Shown piece after piece: positions 57,293 through 64,000 of a stretch of DNA of 64,000 nt. Origin of the DNA: Parcubacteria group bacterium. Lineage in GTDB: Bacteria > Patescibacteriota > Minisyncoccia > Moranbacterales > JAKLHP01. The notes beneath the pieces are model-generated. The model searched no databases. It saw nothing but the letters and a program-made list of their open reading frames with translations, and was not told the origin of the DNA. The translations under genes and the position numbers were made by a program. The first letter of the stretch is position 1, and each line of letters begins with the position of its first letter. The DNA lies in assembly GCA_041657845.1 (NCBI GenBank), contig JBBABD010000001.1, positions 14,255 to 78,254 on the forward strand, in the 5' to 3' direction.

Positions 57293-58726
57293 ATGACTTT
57301 TAGACAAATCCTTTTTTCGCTTAGAAAAAGCAAACTATTGCTGTTATTGCTGACTATTTTTTTTGTTAAGCAACTTTTTACGGTGGCTGTTTTTCCAATA
57401 TTTCAAGGACCGGACGAACCGATCCACTATTCCAGAGTCCAGCAATCCGCTAATCCCGTATTTCGCAGTTCAGAAAGCAATAACAAGCCTTCCGGCTCAA
57501 AATTTTCCGAAGAAATAAACAACACTTCCGCAATGACTGAGGCAGAAAGAATCTCTTTCGACTCATTTGAAACCCAATATTTCACCAATTCCCAGAACGG
57601 AAAATCCGAGGATGAAATAAAAAACAGCAACTGGAACAGGCTGGCAGAAAATCCATACACAACCGGCAACAAATTTATTAATTATTATTCTCTGAATTCC
57701 AGCATCGAAAAAATGTTTTCCGAACAAGACATTTTCTCAAGATTTTTCGCCATAAGGATTTTTTCCGCTATTTTAGGACTTTTGTCTGTTCTTTTCATAT
57801 TTTTGTCCGCCCGAAAAATTTTCGACGAAAAGATATCTTTTCTTTTTTCAATTATAATTGCTTTTCAACCGATGCTTTCCCAGACTTCCGCCGTTGTAAA
57901 CTACGACGTTCTTCTAACTCTGGCCTTTTCGATCTTTGCATATGGAGCAGTTTGGGCGTTGAAAGAAGGCCCTGATTGGAAAAATGTTTCAATTTTAATC
58001 TTATCGACAATTTTGGGGATAGCTACCAAAGCCCCCGGGATAGTTTTGGCTCTGGCAATATGCTGTCTGGCTGTTTATTCTGTAAAAAAACGTTTCAAGA
58101 TAAGAAACAATCTTTTTGCTATCGGAACAATTATCGCCATCCTGCTTGCTATTATAATTGTTATTGTGGTTTTACCTTCTAGCTACATTAATTCGCTTCT
58201 TTCGGTTAGTGAAAATTCCCATTTTAATTCCGTTTCCCAATCAATATTGGAATATATTTCGGAAACCAAAAATCGATGGAGCTGGTCGGAACTTTCCTAC
58301 TGGGGAAATTTCGGCTGGCTGGACGCCAGAATTCCCTCTTGGATTGTCGATGTTGCCCATTATGTCGAAATTGCCGGCATACTGGGAATTGTCGCCTATT
58401 TTGTTTTTCCCAAAAAAATTCCCGAATTCCTTCCTCGAAGAAAATTTGTGATATTTTTTATCGGTATTTTTTTGGCGCTTGAGTTTGCAATCCGCTTTGC
58501 CGACTGGCCGTATTACAATCGGAGCGGAAAAATTGGGCTGGGAACTCCCGGCAGATATTTTCTTCCCGTAATCGGAGCGCAGTTTGCGCTTGTAGCAATC
58601 GGCATTGGAATGTTGGCCAGAAAATATTCCATTTGGAAAAACATCCTGAAAGTTTTGGCGCTTAGTATGATCATTCTTTGGACTTATTCAATGTTGATTA
58701 TAATCATTCCCAGATACTATTTATGA
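57293..58726 (+). CDS. Polytopic membrane protein with a DEP motif (DUF2142/GT-C-like putative glycosyltransferase).
   Basis: It has 'VFPIFQGPDEPIHYSRV' in the first loop after TM1 and ~10 further TM helices. Confidence 0.45.
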   Translation: MTFRQILFSLRKSKLLLLLLTIFFVKQLFTVAVFPIFQGPDEPIHYSRVQQSANPVFRSSESNNKPSGSKFSEEINNTSAMTEAERISFDSFETQYFTNSQNGKSEDEIKNSNWNRLAENPYTTGNKFINYYSLNSSIEKMFSEQDIFSRFFAIRIFSAILGLLSVLFIFLSARKIFDEKISFLFSIIIAFQPMLSQTSAVVNYDVLLTLAFSIFAYGAVWALKEGPDWKNVSILILSTILGIATKAPGIVLALAICCLAVYSVKKRFKIRNNLFAIGTIIAILLAIIIVIVVLPSSYINSLLSVSENSHFNSVSQSILEYISETKNRWSWSELSYWGNFGWLDARIPSWIVDVAHYVEIAGILGIVAYFVFPKKIPEFLPRRKFVIFFIGIFLALEFAIRFADWPYYNRSGKIGLGTPGRYFLPVIGAQFALVAIGIGMLARKYSIWKNILKVLALSMIILWTYSMLIIIIPRYYL

Positions 58727-59412
58727 GATATTTTAAATTTAATTACATTCTAATAATTTTGTCCGTCATATTTTTTACAGTTATCTTCTGGAAATTTTTC
58801 AGTCTTTTGTCATTTTCCGACCAATCGATTTCTTTTGAAGGAGACGGCCAGCAGGAAAAACTGTACGCAGATTCTCCCATAATTCAGAAAATAACCGCTG
58901 CGGAAAATAATTTTAGCCAAGTGAACATTTCCATCAGCAAATTTTCCGGGAACTTCGGGGATAAAATCGTTATGGAAGTGGCCGATGAATCCTGCGAAAA
59001 AATTATCCATACTTCGAAAATAGATGCTTTCTCATGGAGTTCTCCCAATTATGAGAAATTCAGATTTGAAAATATTCCGGATTCAAAAGAAAAAACCTAT
59101 TGCCTGAAATTTACCTATATTCCAAATGGAGAAGAACAAGATAAAAAAGCCTACATTTCTTCATATTCTTATGAAGGATCTTCCTATATAAATACCGGAA
59201 ATAAAAAGAATTCCGGAGAACAAGAAAACCGGTCTCTGGGATTGAAACCGGCCTATGGAAATGGATCTGTTTGGCAAAATTTTTCCCAGCTTGTCGATCG
59301 AATGTCGCAGTACAAGCCGGATTATTTTAAAAGTTTAAGTTTGGAAATAATTTTCTTTCTGTCTTTCGCTTTAATTTTATTTATTTCCACAGTTATTATT
59401 TTTATAAAATAG
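58724..59412 (+). CDS. Hypothetical bitopic membrane protein.
   Basis: The probable start is 'MRYFKFNYILIILSVIFF'. It has N- and C-terminal TM helices around a soluble domain. Confidence 0.35.
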
Positions 59413-59425
59413 ACACATTATTCTT

Positions 59426-60187
59426 CTATTGCAGCATCCTTTTGACAATTCCTTTCGTCCCGCTGCGCTTGTACTCCCGCCATGAATTTCCCAGCAATTT
59501 CGCCGGGTTTTTTGTGATTATTTTTCCTGCAATGCGTGAAATTTTTCCTTTTCTTTTCAATTTTTCTAATTTTCGTTCGATAGTTTTTTGCATTTTCAAA
59601 TCAGGCTTCATTTTTTTGATAACTACCGTAAAACCGTTTCCCACTTTGTCATCGGCATCTTGAAAATCAACCACTTGCCAATCCAAATTAATATTTTTCA
59701 CCAGCTCAATAATATCCTCCGTTATCCAATGAGAATAATGTCCCGACATCGACGGCTCTTTGTCGTACTTTGCATTATTGTGCCTTTCGAGCAGTTCATT
59801 GAGCGTGGTTCTTTTCTCATCTTTGTCGAAAGTTCTTTCCTTGTGAGGAACAATCATAAAGATATATCCACCTTTTTTGACTATCCGATACCATTCCTTG
59901 AGTGCTTTTATCGGATCAGGAAAATGTTCCAAAACATGAGAACTCACAACAAAATCCTGCGATTCATCGGCAACGGGAATGTTGTCTCCAAAAGCTACGA
60001 CATCAACCGGAAGAAAATCCCCACGCATATCATATTCCTCTTTTTTGAAAGTGGTTTTGTCAGAAGCAGAATAGTCAACATTTTTCGTATTCAAACCGAA
60101 AGGATTATGAATCGACCCGCCAATCTCAAGACCGACAAGCCCATCCAAATATTTGTGCGCCAATTTGCTTTCCGGAAATGTTTTCAT
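59426..60187 (-). CDS. Class-I SAM-dependent methyltransferase (Methyltransf_11-like).
   Basis: It carries 'VVSSHVLEHFPDPIKALKEWYRIVKKGGYIFMIVP'. Confidence 0.55.
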   Translation of the reverse strand: MKTFPESKLAHKYLDGLVGLEIGGSIHNPFGLNTKNVDYSASDKTTFKKEEYDMRGDFLPVDVVAFGDNIPVADESQDFVVSSHVLEHFPDPIKALKEWYRIVKKGGYIFMIVPHKERTFDKDEKRTTLNELLERHNNAKYDKEPSMSGHYSHWITEDIIELVKNINLDWQVVDFQDADDKVGNGFTVVIKKMKPDLKMQKTIERKLEKLKRKGKISRIAGKIITKNPAKLLGNSWREYKRSGTKGIVKRMLQ

Positions 60188-60191
60188 AAGG

Positions 60192-60485
60192 TTAAACTTT
60201 CTTTCTCTTGTTTATAATATAATTTGAAACCAGCAAAACAAACAACCCAAGATTTATCCACGGCCAATACCAAAGAGTGAACTTCACTAACCACTTAAGA
60301 TTATAGACATCAAACAGGAGTGAACTAGTTCCCGTGTATAAAATTAAATTACTTACTGTAGAGAACAGAAAAAAACCTAACAATAAATTTTTCTTTTTTC
60401 TCCATATAAAAATAGAAAAAATTAGAACAATAATTAATAAAAAAATATTTATGTTAATATCACTTTGTACACTTCCGATAAACAT
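60192..60485 (-). CDS. Small membrane protein (97 aa), hypothetical.
   Basis: Three predicted TM helices. Confidence 0.3.
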   Translation of the reverse strand: MFIGSVQSDININIFLLIIVLIFSIFIWRKKKNLLLGFFLFSTVSNLILYTGTSSLLFDVYNLKWLVKFTLWYWPWINLGLFVLLVSNYIINKRKKV

Positions 60486-60529
60486 ATTTTTTAAATTAAA
60501 TAATTACTTACTTCTTTATTCTCTCAAAA

Positions 60530-63166
60530 TTAGACCTTTTTATCAACTCGACTTCGAGATACAAGAAAAATAACACAGAAAATAGCAACTAATATAAATA
60601 CGAATGTCACTATATTGGTAAATTTTTTGTTTTCTTCGTTGCGCTTGGGCAAATCTTGAGGATCATATTTTATCCCCAAAACATCCTCATTGATATTTTC
60701 TCTGATATTTTCAAAAACATTGTTGTTTTCCAAAGTTTGATCTTCAAGAAAAGATTCAATATTGGAATTCGAATCTGTTTCCTCTTTTTTTGTGTCATTT
60801 TCTGAATCATCATTTTCATTATCAAAATTGTCATTAGAAACTGTTTCTAATCCGGCAACTGAAGAAACAATATTATCATCTGTCTTTTCTTCTTTTGTTA
60901 TTGTCAAAGTTTTTTCTTCCTGTTCGCCTTTAACCGCTGTTCCGATTATTTTTTGTGTTGATTCTCCAGCTTCGCCGCTACTCGCATCCTCTACGATTTT
61001 TGTCGCGTCGATTTCATATTCTCCGTCTCCTGTGCCTTCCGCAATAATTTTGTATTCTCCATCTTCAGGATTAGGGATAACCAAAAATTCATTTTCTGTC
61101 CCCGATCCGGAATAATAGGCACCTTCTATTTGATTGATAATTCCACCAGTTTCAAAATTCTTTCCAACCTTCTTTCCGTTCGGGTCAATGACTTGAATAT
61201 CAATCGGAGAAAGAATTCCAAAAGTGAGAATGCTCACAATTTCGGCAGTGTCTTTAATGTAGGAACAATTCTTTTCCGATTTATTGGTGAGCTCCGCCAA
61301 TACCTTGCATTGAGCTCTGGAGGGAAGCTGCAAATGAGTTGCCTTTATTTCTTCCATCTTTCTAGAATTAATTCCAGTTGAACTGAACAATGGGACTGTC
61401 TCGTCGCCTTTCCCATATTCAATACCTCTATCAGTTGTATCATCATAGAAATTTTCCGGCATCCCGTGTTTCCATTTCCCTTCTTTTAGGGTTTCCGCCA
61501 CTCGAAATTTTTTGATGGTTTTTTCCGAATCAAGATTCCCGACCATATTGACAAAATTAACTCCGCTCATTCTTTTGACTCTCTCCTTGCCATTAAGAAA
61601 CTCTAAGAGTGAATTATCAGGATAATCGTCTGGATAATTTTTCATTTCCCCATCGGAAACTTTTTGAAGATAATCGTAGTCAGGAAGCAATTCCCCAACT
61701 GACTTTACTTTATCTTGAATATATTTCTCCAAATCTGAATATCCCGCATGACGAGCTTCAACCTTGAATAATTCTTTAGCAAGCTGTTCTGCTCTGGAAA
61801 AAAATCCTTCCCCTGCTTCCAAGTACAAATAACCCTTTGGCGATCCCCTATGCGGTGTTCCCAAAGTTATCAATTGATCCACATCATCTTGATAATCATC
61901 TCCTTCAATATAATACCTCGCAATCAAACCCCCCATCGAATGCGCCACCAAATCCACTTTCGAAACTCCTGTGCTGTTTTTCACATCTTGGATTTTTTGC
62001 TTCAGCAAACCCGCAGTAATAACATTGCTGTCTCTCCATTCATAGGGAAACTCGAATAGATTGATGTTTTTCTGATATCCGTTCTGATCCAGAGAATTTA
62101 TCAAATTATCATAAGTATGCAGAATCGGATCCATAATCAGCTTGCCTGCTACTTCAGCCGATCCCATAATTCCCGGAATAATAATCGCCGGATCAGAAAT
62201 CAAATTACTGTTTCTGAATCCATCGAGCGTGTAATCTCCGCTAATTTTTTCTCCCTTCTCTGGCGAATCATTTTTCTCTGTCGGCCCTTGAAGATGCCCG
62301 TACCAGTTGTTTTTCAAAATGACCTTGCTTTTTTCCGAAACAGGATCTTCATTTTCAGAATATTTTTTGGCGCTGGATATTAAAGCATTTTTTTGCTTAT
62401 TGCCTTCAAAATTAGAATTCACGATTTCCAAACGACTCATTGGTTCTCCGCTATAATATCTAACGGAAACCTCGACATCCGCATAAGAATTATTCTTGAA
62501 GCTGGAATTTTCAATATGAAGATTTCCATATTCAAATTTTAATGCCGGATTAATTCTTTCCAGCGACTCAGCTGCCCAAGCAGTATTAAACAATCTTCGA
62601 AAAATATTATGATTCATCGCTTGGCAATTTTCATCCTCATACGGACAAGCACATTCTTCTTGATCAACATAATCGTAGGATCCCATATTATTGAATTCTA
62701 CATAGCGAAAAATAGAAGGTTCAGTGCTATATTCTGATATCCATGCATTATCAGCAAACTTTATCAATCCTCTTTCTCCTCGGACGCAATTAGTTTTTAT
62801 TCCATACTCAGAAGGAGCCGGAGTTGCTTTAGTAAAAATTATTTTTTCATCCTTAGTTCCTTCGGCTATAATTCTTCCCATATTAACCTCCAAATTCAAA
62901 ATTTCAATATGTGTTCCTTTTTCTATGGTAAGATTAGCGCCATTAACAATAACTACCGGTTTATCTAAGTTGTTATAAACTATATTCCCTCTCCATGTAG
63001 TGTCAGTATCAATTACAACAAAGTTATCATAATCCGTCCATTTTTCTTCATCTGGAATATCCAAGGCTTTTGCCACACCAGCATCAAAAAATCCTACCTT
63101 TATTAGAGATAATATAATCAAGCTTGCCGAAAAAAAGAAAGATTTTTTTTCAAATACTTTTTTCAT
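60530..63166 (-). CDS. Large (878 aa) secreted, C-terminally membrane-anchored protein with an alpha/beta-hydrolase (PGAP1/lipase-like) domain.
   Basis: It has a signal peptide, 'VDLVAHSMGGLIARYY' (GxSxG nucleophile elbow) and an acidic low-complexity region. The C-terminal TM helix 'VTFVFILVAIFCVIFLV' is followed by 'SRSRVDKKV'. Confidence 0.5.
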   Translation of the reverse strand: MKKVFEKKSFFFSASLIILSLIKVGFFDAGVAKALDIPDEEKWTDYDNFVVIDTDTTWRGNIVYNNLDKPVVIVNGANLTIEKGTHIEILNLEVNMGRIIAEGTKDEKIIFTKATPAPSEYGIKTNCVRGERGLIKFADNAWISEYSTEPSIFRYVEFNNMGSYDYVDQEECACPYEDENCQAMNHNIFRRLFNTAWAAESLERINPALKFEYGNLHIENSSFKNNSYADVEVSVRYYSGEPMSRLEIVNSNFEGNKQKNALISSAKKYSENEDPVSEKSKVILKNNWYGHLQGPTEKNDSPEKGEKISGDYTLDGFRNSNLISDPAIIIPGIMGSAEVAGKLIMDPILHTYDNLINSLDQNGYQKNINLFEFPYEWRDSNVITAGLLKQKIQDVKNSTGVSKVDLVAHSMGGLIARYYIEGDDYQDDVDQLITLGTPHRGSPKGYLYLEAGEGFFSRAEQLAKELFKVEARHAGYSDLEKYIQDKVKSVGELLPDYDYLQKVSDGEMKNYPDDYPDNSLLEFLNGKERVKRMSGVNFVNMVGNLDSEKTIKKFRVAETLKEGKWKHGMPENFYDDTTDRGIEYGKGDETVPLFSSTGINSRKMEEIKATHLQLPSRAQCKVLAELTNKSEKNCSYIKDTAEIVSILTFGILSPIDIQVIDPNGKKVGKNFETGGIINQIEGAYYSGSGTENEFLVIPNPEDGEYKIIAEGTGDGEYEIDATKIVEDASSGEAGESTQKIIGTAVKGEQEEKTLTITKEEKTDDNIVSSVAGLETVSNDNFDNENDDSENDTKKEETDSNSNIESFLEDQTLENNNVFENIRENINEDVLGIKYDPQDLPKRNEENKKFTNIVTFVFILVAIFCVIFLVSRSRVDKKV

Positions 63167-63457
63167 TTTTTTATTATATCACAACACAAAAGCACCGCAA
63201 CGGCAATTTGACATAAACTCAATAGTATAGTAGTATTACATCATATAAGAATCCCGGCCAGAAGTTTATACACTTCACATCGTGGCGGGGGTTTTTATTT
63301 TATTCGGGAGAAAAACAAGACATGAAATACTTCTTATTGTTTTTATCTTCTTTGCCATAAAAACAGCGCAAAACAAAATTTGCGCAGAAAATATAAAAGA
63401 AGTTGAGACTATATTGAATTAGATCTCTCGACTCGCTTCGCTCGCTCGAGATGACAT

Positions 63458-64000
63458 TTATAAATTGGCTATTTTTGATCTTAAAAAAGAGTAAAACTCC
63501 TCATTTTTCGCCGTTTGGGTGGAATACTGCTCAAGGGCTTTTTTGCGAGCCTCAGCACCCATTCTGGAACATAGTTCTGGACTCAAAATCAGCCTTTCCA
63601 GCTTGTTTATCCAATCGCTGGTATCAGACGCCACAAAGCCATCGAGGCCGTCGGAAATGGCTTCTTTGAAGGTTCCCGTAGCGCTAGCCACCGTCGGAAC
63701 ACCTACGATTCCCGCCTCAAAAAACTTGAGCTGGGACTTGGATTCGCAGAAAGGATTTCCTATCTCAAGTGGAGCCAGATTGATGTCAACTTGGGAAATA
63801 TTTTCAAAATGCTTGTTTCTTGCAACGTATGGCAATTGTTTGATTCTATCTTTAAATTTGTTCAATTTACTTTCAATATCCAATGGTCCAACCAAAAATA
63901 ATTCCACATTGGAATGTTTTTCCATAATTTCCAAAAGCGCATCGGTTATCACCGCAAAGTCTTTGTTGTGACTGATGGTACCCGAGAAATAACCGAGCGA
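63458..64000 (-). CDS. GT4 glycosyltransferase, C-terminal portion. The gene continues beyond the window end.
   Basis: 'KSQLKFFEAGIVGVPTVASATGTFKEAISDGLDGFV' is the GT4 C-terminal E..E block. The frame is open to position 64000. Confidence 0.55.
   Translation of the reverse strand, partial: SLGYFSGTISHNKDFAVITDALLEIMEKHSNVELFLVGPLDIESKLNKFKDRIKQLPYVARNKHFENISQVDINLAPLEIGNPFCESKSQLKFFEAGIVGVPTVASATGTFKEAISDGLDGFVASDTSDWINKLERLILSPELCSRMGAEARKKALEQYSTQTAKNEEFYSFLRSKIANL

Noticed and set aside
1-64000. rRNA or tRNA genes.
   Set aside because: No GC-rich structured segments with tRNA- or rRNA-like features were seen. The window is essentially all protein-coding plus short AT-rich spacers.

Overview
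This is an AT-rich (~33% GC) bacterial segment with small, densely packed genes on the standard genetic code. It contains a GxxExxY gene and many GT-C membrane glycosyltransferase paralogs, which from memory is typical of Candidate Phyla Radiation / Patescibacteria genomes; that assignment is an inference. Almost the whole window is one large cell-envelope glycosylation island. It holds at least seven GT4 glycosyltransferases and four DPM1/ArnC-like GT2 polyprenyl-phosphate glycosyltransferases. It also holds eight or more polytopic GT-C-type membrane glycosyltransferases, including four paralogs that share an N-terminal 'FLR..-.-DQSRD-LPLLGP-LRLGP.YYY' signature, two more carrying DE/DEP motifs, and two lower-confidence DEP-motif/polytopic candidates. 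Alongside these are two Wzx-like flippases, an LPG-synthase-like 'flippase-like' membrane protein, a GtrA/DUF2304-like small membrane protein and two membrane-anchored metallophosphoesterases. Nucleotide-sugar enzymes are present: two UDP-sugar dehydrogenases, an extended-SDR epimerase/dehydratase and a stand-alone UMP kinase. Sugar-tailoring genes include five or more class-I SAM methyltransferases, an APH-like kinase, a PaaK/CapK-like adenylate-forming enzyme and a deacetylase-like protein. A radical-SAM/SPASM enzyme sits next to a Gfo/Idh/MocA oxidoreductase inside the glycan operon. Other signals are superimposed on the island. Two inverted copies of a ~110-bp MITE-like hairpin element bracket a 32.5-kb block. 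An IS200/IS605 tnpA element abuts a 22-nt poly-C tract. A GxxExxY gene is bounded by inverted repeats. An RtcB-like RNA ligase lies next to a Tmk-like kinase. The most striking signal is a tandem array of three small defence/toxin cassettes (Fic; AbiEi/AbiEii; an AlbA_2-wHTH protein) in direct order. Each cassette is delimited by a re-duplicated copy of the 3' end of the epimerase gene plus a shared ~40-bp core. That pattern points to serial site-specific cassette accretion at one attachment site with no recombinase in view. No rRNA, tRNA or CRISPR arrays were detected.
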